A DNA stretch of 52,738 nucleotides from Patescibacteria group bacterium (GCA_049322955.1 JBMOPU010000033.1:194784-247521), one strand, 5' to 3'. Positions 39,006 to 47,620 are shown, numbered from the stretch's first letter. Made by a program: numbers and translations. Notes: generated by a model from the sequence alone, not told the origin.

Positions 39006-39869
39006 ATGGCAACACTGACCGCAACATCGTATAACACGGGATTTCTCCCTACCTGGTGCCCGGGATGCGGCGACTTCGGTATCTGGAAGTCTTTGCAGGG
39101 TGCGTTTGCGACCATGGGGATCGGTCCCGATGACGGGCTGGTTGTGTACGGCATCGGATGTCACGGGAATATGTATGACTGGATGCGGATGTACGGATTT
39201 GCGGGACTTCATGGTCGTACCCTTCCAGTAGCCCAAGGGGCAAAACTCGCCAATCATAATCTTCCCGTGGTGGTCGTATCGGGTGACGGGGATTGTTTGG
39301 GTGAGGGAGGCAATCATTTCATGCATGCCGCCAAACGGAACCCCGATATCACGGTAATATTGCATGATAATCAGGTGTATGGCTTAACGACCGGTCAGGC
39401 ATCTCCTACGGCAAAGCCCGGCTTTAAAACCAAGTCGACACCGGAAGGTGCTACCGATGCGCCGATGAATCCTTTAGCACTTGCTATCGTCACGGGCGCC
39501 ACGTTTGTCGCTCGCGGATTTGCCGGCGATCTCCCGGGACTTACCGCAATCATGGTGGAAGCGATGAAACACAAAGGGTTTGCCGTGGTGGATGTATTAC
39601 AGCCGTGCGTCACGTTCGACAAAGTGCATACCTATCAGTGGTATCGACAGCGGTTATACAAGTTGGAACAGGAAGGGTATGCCCCGACCGATAAGCTCAA
39701 AGCGATTGAAAAGGCCATGGAGTGGGGTGACAAAATACCCCTCGGCATCTTTTACAAAGAAGAAAAACCGACGAGCGAAGCATTAGAACCGGCACTTTCC
39801 GGTGAACCGCTCGTGAATCTTCCTTTGGAAGTGGCCCATTGGGATAAGCTTCTGAACGAATTTGTGTAA
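39006..39869 (+). CDS. 2-oxoacid:ferredoxin oxidoreductase beta subunit (TPP-binding)
   Basis: WCPGCGDFG and VVVSGDGDCLGEGGNH...NQVYGLTTGQ. Confidence 0.9.
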   Translation: MATLTATSYNTGFLPTWCPGCGDFGIWKSLQGAFATMGIGPDDGLVVYGIGCHGNMYDWMRMYGFAGLHGRTLPVAQGAKLANHNLPVVVVSGDGDCLGEGGNHFMHAAKRNPDITVILHDNQVYGLTTGQASPTAKPGFKTKSTPEGATDAPMNPLALAIVTGATFVARGFAGDLPGLTAIMVEAMKHKGFAVVDVLQPCVTFDKVHTYQWYRQRLYKLEQEGYAPTDKLKAIEKAMEWGDKIPLGIFYKEEKPTSEALEPALSGEPLVNLPLEVAHWDKLLNEFV

Positions 39870-39898
39870 CGCGTCTAACCCTATATAAAAATCGGGGG

Positions 39899-39926
39899 TT
39901 GACATTTATTTAGCACTAGTTATACT
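39899..39926 (+). promoter_or_regulatory. sigma-70-type promoter of lon (TTGACA-N16-TATACT)
   Basis: Perfect -35 at 39899-39904. -10 TATACT at 39921-39926. ATG 16 nt downstream of the -10. Confidence 0.7.
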
Positions 39927-39936
39927 AGAGTGCTAA
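39910..39936. promoter_or_regulatory. CIRCE operator (HrcA-binding inverted repeat)
   Basis: TTAGCACTA-gttatacta-GAGTGCTAA versus consensus TTAGCACTC-N9-GAGTGCTAA. Overlaps the -10 box. Confidence 0.8.
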
Positions 39937-39942
39937 ACACCT

Positions 39943-42360
39943 ATGAGTACTTCACTTGATAACGTAAATCAGATTTTGCCCGTCGTTCCCATCCGTGACG
40001 GTATCGTGTTCCCGGGAACGGAAATGATTTTAACCTTCGGGCGACAACGATCCGTCGCCGCCATCGAAGCCGCACAAAACGCGGGCAAGCGAGTCGTGCT
40101 GGTGATGCAGAGAAACCCCAACATCAACGATCCGACGCCCAGTGACTTAAACCAGATCGGCACCGTCGGTGAAATTGTGCAGATGATGCGCAACGAAGGA
40201 GAAATAAACGCTCTCGTTCGCGGAATTGCGAAAGTGGAACTGACTTCCTATGAAGCCGTTGAGCCGTTTTTTGTCGCCCGCGTTGCGGAAGTGGCGGATG
40301 TTATCGAAGATGACGAGGAAACCAAAGCACTCTTTAATCACCTGACCGCGCAACTCCGCCAGGCGGTGAAGCTCGGGAAAACCATGGATTTTCTGACATT
40401 CATGAACATCATGTCGGGGATGTCTCCCGCAACCCTTTCCTACCAGCTTGCCGGCGTTCTTGACACCAAGCCCAGTGAACGACAGGAACTGTTGGAGATA
40501 AATTCCGTCAAAGCACGATTTGAAAAAGAAGCCTCATACCTTGCCAAAGAAGTGAAAGTGCTTGAGCTGGAAAGAAAAATCGCGACCAAAACCCAGGAAA
40601 AGTTTGAAAAGAATGTCAAAGAACAGGTACTTCGTGAACGGATCAAGACCATCGAAAAAGAACTCGGTGATGATGATGAAAATAAAGAATTTAAAGAAAT
40701 CGCCGACAAGATCAAAAAAGCGGGTATGCCCGTCGAAGTACGCGAAAAAGCGGAAAAGGAACTGAGGAGACTCACCCAAATGTCACAGTATAACCCCGAG
40801 GCATCCTATGTCCGCACCTATCTCGATTGGTTAGTAGAAGTTCCCTGGCAGGATGAAAACATCAATAAAGTAAATCTTGCCGATGCCGAAAAGGTATTAA
40901 ACGCCGATCATTATGCGTTGGGAAAGATAAAGGAACGTATTTTGGAATTTTTGGCGGTGATGAAACTCCGAAACGCATCGACGGAGCTTTCCGACAAAGA
41001 GAGCAAGTCGGAAAAAGAGAAGAAAGAGGAAAAGAAAGGCAGTAAATCAGCACCCACGATTCTGTGTTTCGTGGGACCTCCAGGAGTGGGAAAGACCTCG
41101 ATCGGGAAATCCATTGCACGAGCGTTGGGTCGAAAATTCGTCAAAATGTCATTGGGCGGCATACGGGATGAAGCGGAAATCCGCGGTCATCGCAGAACCT
41201 ACGTCGGTGCCATGCCGGGACGCATCATTCAGGGCATCAAACAGGCGGGTACCAAAAGCCCCGTATTCATGCTCGATGAAATCGACAAGGTGGGAGCAGA
41301 CTTCCGCGGTGATCCTTCCTCGGCTCTTTTGGAAGCGCTTGATCCCGAACAAAACTATGCATTTTCCGATCATTATCTGGAGGTTCCGTACGATCTGTCG
41401 GAAGTGTTTTTCATCACAACCTGTAATCAGCTCGACACGATCCCGCCTGCTCTTCGGGACCGGCTGGAGATTATCCGCTTTGCGGGATACACGGAAGATG
41501 AAAAGTATCATATTGCCAGCGACTATCTGTTTGAAAAACAACGCGTGATTCACGGGGTACCCAAAGGGGTCGTTGACCTTTCCGAAGAAGCAATGCGGGA
41601 AATTATCCGCCGTTACACGCGGGAGGCGGGAGTACGTAATCTGGAACGCGAAGTGGCGACCGTGTTTCGAAAAACCGCCAAGAAAATAGCGGAAACCGAC
41701 GGCAAAGAGACGAAAAAGTACAAAATTACGCCGGATGATTTGCAGAGTTATCTGGGACCCACGAAATTCACCTCCTCGCTTGCCGAGAAGAAAGATGAAG
41801 TCGGCATGTCCACGGGACTTGCCTGGACGGAAGCGGGTGGCGACATCTTATTCATCGAAGTAGCGCTTATGCCGGGTCGCGGTACACTTATCCTCACGGG
41901 ACAACTCGGTGAAGTCATGAAGGAATCCGCACAAGCGGCCATGTCCTATGTGCGGAGCCGCTATAAGGCACTCAAATTGCCGGAGAAGTTCTATCAGAAA
42001 CTTGATGTCCACGTTCATGTGCCGGAGGGCGCGGTTCCCAAAGACGGTCCGTCTGCAGGGGCGGCGATTGCAACTGCTATCGTATCCGCATTAAGCAAAA
42101 AAGCGGCCAGACGACTGGTTGCCATGACGGGGGAAATCACGCTTCGCGGCAGGGTACTCGAGATCGGCGGAGTCAAAGAAAAAGTGATCGCCGCACACAG
42201 GGCGGGAATTAAGGAAGTAATTCTTCCCAAGAATAACAAAAAAGATTTGGAAGATATCCCGAAAAAGGTATTAAGCGACGTGAAGTTTCACTTTGTCGAA
42301 CACATGGATGAGGTGCTAAAGGTCGCAATCCCTCCACTTAAGTTTTCCGCAAAGGCGTAA
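39943..42360 (+). CDS. lon: ATP-dependent Lon protease (LonA)
   Basis: 805 aa. LON N-domain, Walker [10 protein letters not shown], and protease DGPSAG...GEITLRG with the Ser-Lys dyad. Confidence 0.97.
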   Translation: MSTSLDNVNQILPVVPIRDGIVFPGTEMILTFGRQRSVAAIEAAQNAGKRVVLVMQRNPNINDPTPSDLNQIGTVGEIVQMMRNEGEINALVRGIAKVELTSYEAVEPFFVARVAEVADVIEDDEETKALFNHLTAQLRQAVKLGKTMDFLTFMNIMSGMSPATLSYQLAGVLDTKPSERQELLEINSVKARFEKEASYLAKEVKVLELERKIATKTQEKFEKNVKEQVLRERIKTIEKELGDDDENKEFKEIADKIKKAGMPVEVREKAEKELRRLTQMSQYNPEASYVRTYLDWLVEVPWQDENINKVNLADAEKVLNADHYALGKIKERILEFLAVMKLRNASTELSDKESKSEKEKKEEKKGSKSAPTILCFVGPPGVGKTSIGKSIARALGRKFVKMSLGGIRDEAEIRGHRRTYVGAMPGRIIQGIKQAGTKSPVFMLDEIDKVGADFRGDPSSALLEALDPEQNYAFSDHYLEVPYDLSEVFFITTCNQLDTIPPALRDRLEIIRFAGYTEDEKYHIASDYLFEKQRVIHGVPKGVVDLSEEAMREIIRRYTREAGVRNLEREVATVFRKTAKKIAETDGKETKKYKITPDDLQSYLGPTKFTSSLAEKKDEVGMSTGLAWTEAGGDILFIEVALMPGRGTLILTGQLGEVMKESAQAAMSYVRSRYKALKLPEKFYQKLDVHVHVPEGAVPKDGPSAGAAIATAIVSALSKKAARRLVAMTGEITLRGRVLEIGGVKEKVIAAHRAGIKEVILPKNNKKDLEDIPKKVLSDVKFHFVEHMDEVLKVAIPPLKFSAKA

Positions 42361-42363
42361 GCG

Positions 42364-43311
42364 CTATTGCAGGTAGTCGTACACCAGCTTGGAGACGTCG
42401 GCCATGAGGGCGTCGGTTTCTTCGTTTTCCGCCGCACCGCTGATAAACAATCCGATATAATAGGTGATCTTGCCGTCGGTGACGATTCCCGCGTCATGGA
42501 TAATGCCCACTTCCGTGCCGATTTTGTGATATGTAAGTGCTTTGTCGGGAAGTTTGGCGGGTAGGCGGGTTTCGTGATCGGTGTCCTTAAAAAATGAGAG
42601 CATCTCCTGGGTGTGTGCACTGTCGGTTATTTTGCCCTCGTAAATCATGCGGAACAGTTTGGCGATATCCTGGTTTGAGGTGTTGTTTTTTACCATGTCG
42701 GTTTGGGTGAGCCCCCATTGGGTGACGATTTCGGAAAGGCGGGGGAATCCGATGATGTGATTGGCGAGGATGTAGGCGGCAGTGTTGTCGCTTTGTTTGA
42801 TCATGAGTTTGGCGAGCGTTTTGATCGAGTAGACCGAGCCGGGTTTGTCATAGCGGATTGAGCCTGTGCCGTAGTCCTGGATGTCGGAAGCCTGTACGGT
42901 GATATCCCGATCTAAATCGATTTCGTCTTTACCCGCAAGGTAATACAGGGCGGCGATAATGGGTACTTTATTCACCGACGCCGCGACAAAAATTTCTGCC
43001 TCACTTTGTCGAAGTGAAAAATCACCGCCGTATTGTTCGACAACTATTGAGTAATCGTTCCAGGCGCCGTTCACTGTCTGCTCGATCTTTTCGGCAAGAT
43101 CGTCGGCGCTTTTCTGCTTTTTGAAAAAAGTAAATGATTTTGCGGGCGCTTTGGTAGGTTGGACAAAAGTCTGATCATCGGGAATAGGAGAAATTACCGT
43201 GTTTTTGCCCCCCGTGATGAGTTTCAACGCGCCGATGATGAGCCACCCGATAAACAGAAGCAGGAGAATGAAACGAGGCCATCGGTTCTTTTTCTTCCTC
43301 TGAAAATCCAT
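42364..43311 (-). CDS. membrane-anchored class A beta-lactamase-like serine hydrolase
   Basis: SVNK (SxxK), SDN and an HKIGT (KTG-like) motif after an N-terminal anchor. ATG at 43311 chosen. Confidence 0.75.
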   Translation of the reverse strand: MDFQRKKKNRWPRFILLLLFIGWLIIGALKLITGGKNTVISPIPDDQTFVQPTKAPAKSFTFFKKQKSADDLAEKIEQTVNGAWNDYSIVVEQYGGDFSLRQSEAEIFVAASVNKVPIIAALYYLAGKDEIDLDRDITVQASDIQDYGTGSIRYDKPGSVYSIKTLAKLMIKQSDNTAAYILANHIIGFPRLSEIVTQWGLTQTDMVKNNTSNQDIAKLFRMIYEGKITDSAHTQEMLSFFKDTDHETRLPAKLPDKALTYHKIGTEVGIIHDAGIVTDGKITYYIGLFISGAAENEETDALMADVSKLVYDYLQ

Positions 43312-43367
43312 GCCAAGATTGTAACATTTTGTTGTAAATATCTGATAGGAGCGATATACTCCCCCCA

Positions 43368-44303
43368 ATGACAACTGTGGAGCGACAACAGCACGTGTCG
43401 CAGGAACGATTTCCGTTGTTCGATCCGGAACAGTATGTCCGTCGTATTGAAGAGGCAAAGTCATATATTAAAGAACGGCTCCCCGAAGGATTTGTCCCCA
43501 AAGTAGTGCTCACCTTAGGTTCCGGCGGGTTGGGAGTAATCGGTGATGAAATACAAAAACTCGCGGTGATTCCGTATGAAGAGATCCCCGGGTTTCATAA
43601 ACCCACCGTGGTAGGACATGCAGGCAACCTGATTGCGGGGTATCTTGAAGGAGTTCCGGTGATCGGTTATCAGGGACGGCGGCACTATTACGAAAGCGGC
43701 GGCCAACCCAATCAGGTCATCGCGTTAAAAGATGTCGTGTTTCCCGTCTATGTCGCTCGTGCGTTGGGAGCCGATACCTATATCGCGACCAATGCCGCAG
43801 GTGGACTGGAGCAAAAGTTCAGGCCGGGCGACCTTATGGTGATTACCTCACACTTGGATATTTATTTCCCTAATGTGTTGCTCGGCCCCCAAGTGCAGTT
43901 TATGAACGCCGAGCGATTCCAGCCTCAGCACGGGCAGTATAACGCCGAACTTCGGGACATGCTTCTTCATGCGGCAACGCATACGGGAGAAGCGGACAGG
44001 GTACACGAAGGGGTGTATGCGGCGCTCACTGGTCCGACGTTTGAATCGGTTGCCGATTCGCAGGCGCTCCGGCGATCGGGGGTATCCGCCGTGGGCATGT
44101 CCACGGTACCCGAAATCATCACGGCATCCAATATCGGCATGGAAACACTCGGCGTATCGCTCGTATCCAACGTCATCGCCCCCGACGGTACCAATGCCAC
44201 AAGCCATGAGGAAGTGACGGCGGCGCTTCAGGATTCCGCAACCAAAAACCGGGTCGCCAACCTTTTCCGCGAATTTTTCCGTATCTATAACGGTTCGCAC
44301 TAA
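43368..44303 (+). CDS. purine nucleoside phosphorylase (PNP family, PunA-like)
   Basis: LGSGGLG, GHAGNLIAGYLEGVPV, GRRHYYE, VGMSTVPE. Confidence 0.88.
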   Translation: MTTVERQQHVSQERFPLFDPEQYVRRIEEAKSYIKERLPEGFVPKVVLTLGSGGLGVIGDEIQKLAVIPYEEIPGFHKPTVVGHAGNLIAGYLEGVPVIGYQGRRHYYESGGQPNQVIALKDVVFPVYVARALGADTYIATNAAGGLEQKFRPGDLMVITSHLDIYFPNVLLGPQVQFMNAERFQPQHGQYNAELRDMLLHAATHTGEADRVHEGVYAALTGPTFESVADSQALRRSGVSAVGMSTVPEIITASNIGMETLGVSLVSNVIAPDGTNATSHEEVTAALQDSATKNRVANLFREFFRIYNGSH

Positions 44304-44321
44304 GCGGAGTATACTGTACTT

Positions 44322-44792
44322 ATGCACATTACCATTCGTCGCGCAAAACTTTCCGATCTTGATGCAATCTGTACCCTCAGCCAGTCACTCTTTGAACACG
44401 AGCGGCAATTTACCGATGAGTATGACATGGGATGGTCGCACGGGGTGGCGGGGAGAAAGTTTTTCACCAAAATGCTTCGGAGTAGGAAAGCCTTTGTCTT
44501 GCTCGCTTTGGCTGAAGAAAAAGTCGTGGGCTATATCTTGGTAAAATTCCTCACCTTTTCCTGGCGGGCATATAACCCGATTGCCGAGCTTACGAATTTG
44601 AGCGTTGACCCCATGTTTCGCGGGCAGGGGATAGGCACTAAACTGGTGGAAAAGGCCGTTGCGATTGCCAGAAAGCGGGGGGCCAAACGGATGAGTGTGG
44701 AAGGATTGCATGACAATGTGCGAGCACTCAAGTTTTATAAAACCCAGGGGTTCCGCTCTTTTAGTGATACCCTGCTTCTTACCCTGACATAA
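44322..44792 (+). CDS. GNAT family N-acetyltransferase
   Basis: VDPMFRGQGIGTKLVEKA (motif A) and YKTQGF. Confidence 0.85.
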   Translation: MHITIRRAKLSDLDAICTLSQSLFEHERQFTDEYDMGWSHGVAGRKFFTKMLRSRKAFVLLALAEEKVVGYILVKFLTFSWRAYNPIAELTNLSVDPMFRGQGIGTKLVEKAVAIARKRGAKRMSVEGLHDNVRALKFYKTQGFRSFSDTLLLTLT

Positions 44793-44837
44793 CCCCTCTC
44801 GGTTTGGCACATCGGAGTGTGATAAAATGTGATATAC

Positions 44838-44930
44838 GCGCCCCGTTCGCAATCCAGGAGTGAACGAGCAGAGTCATCGAAGCGAGTACTACTCCTGGTG
44901 AGTGCCACGTACCCGTGGTCAGTCCGGCGC
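44838..44930 (+). repeat. tRNA-Glu-associated structured module, copy G1 (diverged)
   Basis: GCGCC...GGCGC closing helix. Shares GTTCGCAATCCAG and CTGGTGAGTGC blocks with G2. Helices CCAGGAGT/ACTCCTGG and GCCACG-tacc-CGTGGT. Confidence 0.65.
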
Positions 44931-44948
44931 AATTAACAACTAAATATC

Positions 44949-45022
44949 GCCCCGTTCGTCTAGCGGCCTAGGACGGTTCCTTCTCAAGGAACAAATCGCC
45001 GGTTCGAATCCGGCACGGGGTA
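44949..45022 (+). tRNA. tRNA-Glu (anticodon CTC)
   Basis: Manual cloverleaf: acceptor GCCCCGT/ACGGGGT (G1-U72 wobble); D arm GTCT-AGCGGCCTA-GGAC; anticodon stem GTTCC/GGAAC with loop TT-CTC-AA; T arm GCCGG-TTCGAAT-CCGGC; discriminator A. Confidence 0.85.
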
Positions 45023-45024
45023 CA

Positions 45025-45067
45025 TGCATAAAAAAAAGTCCCGCTTTGGCGGGATTTTTTTTATGCA
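45025..45067. terminator. long A-tract/T-tract palindrome (bidirectional terminator) directly after tRNA-Glu
   Basis: TGCATAAAAAAAAGTCCCGC-tttg-GCGGGATTTTTTTTATGCA. Confidence 0.75.
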
Positions 45068-45096
45068 CATATGTCCTGTGCTGAATTATCGAATCA

Positions 45097-45192
45097 GTTC
45101 CCGGTTCGCAATCCAGCAGTAGATAATTCGATTCGTAGAGAATTATTGTACTGCTGGTGAGTGCAGTGTGGTCACTGCAATCCGGCACGGGA
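45097..45192 (+). repeat. tRNA-Glu-associated structured module, copy G2, ending in a 13-nt copy of the tRNA-Glu 3' end
   Basis: CCGGTTCGCAATCC, then CCAGCAGTA/TACTGCTGG enclosing ATAATTC/GAATTAT, then GCAGTG-tggt-CACTGC, then AATCCGGCACGGG (identical to 45007-45019). Confidence 0.7.
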
Positions 45193-45235
45193 TGCATGTT
45201 AAAAATCCCGCACAAACGCGATAGAATATCATTGT

Positions 45236-45718
45236 ATGAATTCATATGGTCACGAATTTGAACATATGGGAACTCGTCGGGAACAACTATTGTCCCGATT
45301 ATCACATTCACTGAATAAATACGGTGTCGCCCAAAATTTGGAAGCGAAAGAACTTTGTTTCGATAACTATCGGCGCTCACTTCAATTCTTACGTAAAAAA
45401 CTCACCTCGTCCGGATTACGTATAAGAGAGTGGAATTTGTTTGGTAGCATGGCGCCTGTTCTCAGGCTTCCGTTCTTACAATCTATATTGTTACCGGTAT
45501 CGAAAGCCCGCTTGGGAATTTACCCGCTCGAATATACACTCGAGGATGCACTCGCAACCGTCACCTCCGGTCATAACGCAAGAAATTTACCTTCTGATAT
45601 TGATCTCATTTTAGATGCAGACAATGGCAATATTTCACCAAGAGATCAATCGTATATCAAATATTTCGCTCGCAAAAGTACGTTTGATGAATACGGAGTG
45701 TTTGTACAGTTTAAGTAG
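45236..45718 (+). CDS. hypothetical protein (weak, split nucleotidyltransferase-like motifs)
   Basis: 160-aa ORF, AT-rich by eye. FGS ... SDIDLILD resembles the minimal NTase G[GS]...DxD pattern, but with unusually long spacing. Confidence 0.45.
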   Translation: MNSYGHEFEHMGTRREQLLSRLSHSLNKYGVAQNLEAKELCFDNYRRSLQFLRKKLTSSGLRIREWNLFGSMAPVLRLPFLQSILLPVSKARLGIYPLEYTLEDALATVTSGHNARNLPSDIDLILDADNGNISPRDQSYIKYFARKSTFDEYGVFVQFK

Positions 45719-45804
45719 CATGCAAATTCTTCCGATTCTTCTTATTTTGTCTCAATACCATTACAAGGAAAAGATCTCTCTTCAGCCCTATAGTACGCTC
45801 TCCG

Positions 45805-45813
45805 TGTTATAAT
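45805..45813 (+). promoter_or_regulatory. extended -10 promoter element (TGtTATAAT)
   Basis: TGTTATAAT ends 14 nt upstream of the ATG at 45828. Confidence 0.5.
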
Positions 45814-45827
45814 CTGCTTTCATAGGT

Positions 45828-46304
45828 ATGGCTAAGGAACGTCCTCCAATTTACGAACATCTTGTCGCATCAGAGGAGATGGTCGAGTACGCGCGCGTGC
45901 TCCGATCCGTTGCAAAGGGGGGGAGTAATGTTGTGGAGACAGCGGACTGGACGGTACAGAGTTTCCCTCATGCTCAATATGCGGCTGATTGTGTGTTTCA
46001 CCCTGACGGCACGGAGCAGGCGGTATTTTCATTTGTCATGGCGGAACGTAGCCAACAGATAGAAATGGAAAATACGCATCGTCGTGCCCGCGGGGGATGC
46101 GGGGTAAGCGCGTTTTCCCACCTGGAACACATGGCGGCCGCCCTTTCCCGAATGGAGAATAAACCGGTACGGATGACCTACCCTCTCTATGGCCAAAAGG
46201 ACACCGAGCAGTTTCTTCTGCGTCGCGGGTACAACACAGTACTATATTTTCCGATGGGTTCTCTTGTCCCCGCACGAGCACTTGCCTGGACATATGACGA
46301 GTAG
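45828..46304 (+). CDS. hypothetical protein (possible GNAT-like fold)
   Basis: 158 aa. HRRARGGCGVSAF...FLLRRGY loosely resembles acetyl-CoA-binding motif A. Confidence 0.45.
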   Translation: MAKERPPIYEHLVASEEMVEYARVLRSVAKGGSNVVETADWTVQSFPHAQYAADCVFHPDGTEQAVFSFVMAERSQQIEMENTHRRARGGCGVSAFSHLEHMAAALSRMENKPVRMTYPLYGQKDTEQFLLRRGYNTVLYFPMGSLVPARALAWTYDE

Positions 46305-46366
46305 TTTTTCCCGATGTGTGGAGAGCAACCAACTTCCGAAGTGTGAGGCACGGAGAATTGACTCCA

Positions 46367-46741
46367 TTAGATAAGTTTGCGGGCTATGGATTCCAGAATC
46401 TTGCGATACGGCTTTTGCAACAGAGGGCGGGAATCCAGTTCATTTTTCAGTTCGTTATGGAACATCTCCCGTTCAGTATCGGTAAGAGCGATGATACCCG
46501 TTTCCTCGCCGCGTTGTTCATGTCTGTGTCCGTATCTTTTTACCACTTCATCGTGATCACGGCCGAATATTCGGAAATACACATCGTTAAGTTTTTGTGC
46601 CCGGAATTCGCCGGTTGTTGCAGGAAAGCGCCCTGCAAAAGTCGGATCGTCAGTTGCCCCCCGGAGAATAATGTTCAGAAATACGGCCGTGTGACCGAGC
46701 TCCTCCTTTGTCAGGTTAAGGTGATGTAATTGTTCAGTCAT
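46367..46741 (-). CDS. hypothetical protein
   Basis: 124-aa ORF with balanced charged/helical composition. Preferred over the overlapping plus-strand ORF 46316-46729, which is Cys/Phe-rich. Confidence 0.45.
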   Translation of the reverse strand: MTEQLHHLNLTKEELGHTAVFLNIILRGATDDPTFAGRFPATTGEFRAQKLNDVYFRIFGRDHDEVVKRYGHRHEQRGEETGIIALTDTEREMFHNELKNELDSRPLLQKPYRKILESIARKLI

Positions 46742-46898
46742 ATGATGGCCGATGGTAATTGTATCAAATTACTCGGATGATCCCGATTTCATGGTTTTAC
46801 TCACGGTCAGTTTTAGTTCGGACATCCGGAGAGGAATCTTCCCGATGGTGATAAACTTCAATATCTTCCGCTACAGAAAATAATCCGAGGTGAAAAAA

Positions 46899-47348
46899 TC
46901 AGTTATTTGGCGCGCGAAGAATCGGCGCTTCTTCAATTTTAATCGGCTTTCTGCGGGGATCTATGGTATAGGTAATTGGCTCCACGGCGACGTCCTCATA
47001 GTTACCGTACCAGGCATTTTTATCCATTTTCTCTGATGCCTCAATGTAACGGGTAAGCAACAATTGCCGCACGGATTCGGGATCAGAATGCGTTGCCTTT
47101 GCAACCTCTACCAGTAACCGTACCAATACGTCTCCACGAATGTCTCGGGGGAGTCGGGAGTAGTTGGTATAGAGTGTTACTTCGTGTCCTCGTATGGTTT
47201 TTTTGCCGCGGCGAACAAGTTCGCCTTTTTCATACGCAAGTGTATAGCGGGTGGGTTGCAGAGTCTCTTTCACGGAGCCATTATTATAGGACATTTTACT
47301 CGTTTCCACAAGCGTACTGGGTGAGAAACCATACGTTTGTAAGCTCAC
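46899..47348 (-). CDS. hypothetical protein
   Basis: 149-aa ORF starting 6 nt downstream of the pspC-like gene, suggesting co-transcription. Confidence 0.45.
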   Translation of the reverse strand: MSLQTYGFSPSTLVETSKMSYNNGSVKETLQPTRYTLAYEKGELVRRGKKTIRGHEVTLYTNYSRLPRDIRGDVLVRLLVEVAKATHSDPESVRQLLLTRYIEASEKMDKNAWYGNYEDVAVEPITYTIDPRRKPIKIEEAPILRAPNN

Positions 47349-47354
47349 AAACGA

Positions 47355-47561
47355 TTAGCTTTCGGAGGGAATGAAAATCCAGCAGAGGATGTAGGGGATG
47401 ATCCCTGGTACCCCGCCGGGGAGCAAGGCAAATACCCACAGCAAACGGACAAGGGTAACGTCCACGTTGAGGTAATTGGCTACCGCAAGGCACACGCCCG
47501 CGATCTTCCGGCCTTTTTTGGGACGCACTAATTTTTTGATTTCCGACTTTGCCATATGCAT
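47355..47561 (-). CDS. PspC domain-containing membrane protein
   Basis: KIAGVCLAVANYLNVDVTLVRLLWVFALL...IIPYILCWIFIP is the PspC domain signature. Confidence 0.8.
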   Translation of the reverse strand: MHMAKSEIKKLVRPKKGRKIAGVCLAVANYLNVDVTLVRLLWVFALLPGGVPGIIPYILCWIFIPSES

Positions 47562-47620
47562 GCAGTATATACCCGAGTCTTTCCCACTGTACAGAGGTTC
47601 CGTGTTATAGTGGAGGGGTT

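Noticed and set aside
45151-45183. CTGCTGGTGAGT-GCAGTG-tggt-CACTGC-AATCC resembles a hammerhead ribozyme core (CUGAUGAG-stem II-CGAAAC). E1 and E2 have CATGAAA/CATGGAG ... GAAC/GAAT at the equivalent place.
   Set aside because: The invariant A of CUGANGA is G here, and the GAAA strand is missing (AAUCC). The three copies do not conserve the would-be core nucleotides.
46316-46729. A 137-aa plus-strand ORF is almost coextensive with minus-strand ORF 46367-46741.
   Set aside because: Only one can be real. The plus-strand product is Cys/Phe-rich with odd composition, while the minus-strand product looks like a soluble helical protein. The choice remains low-confidence.
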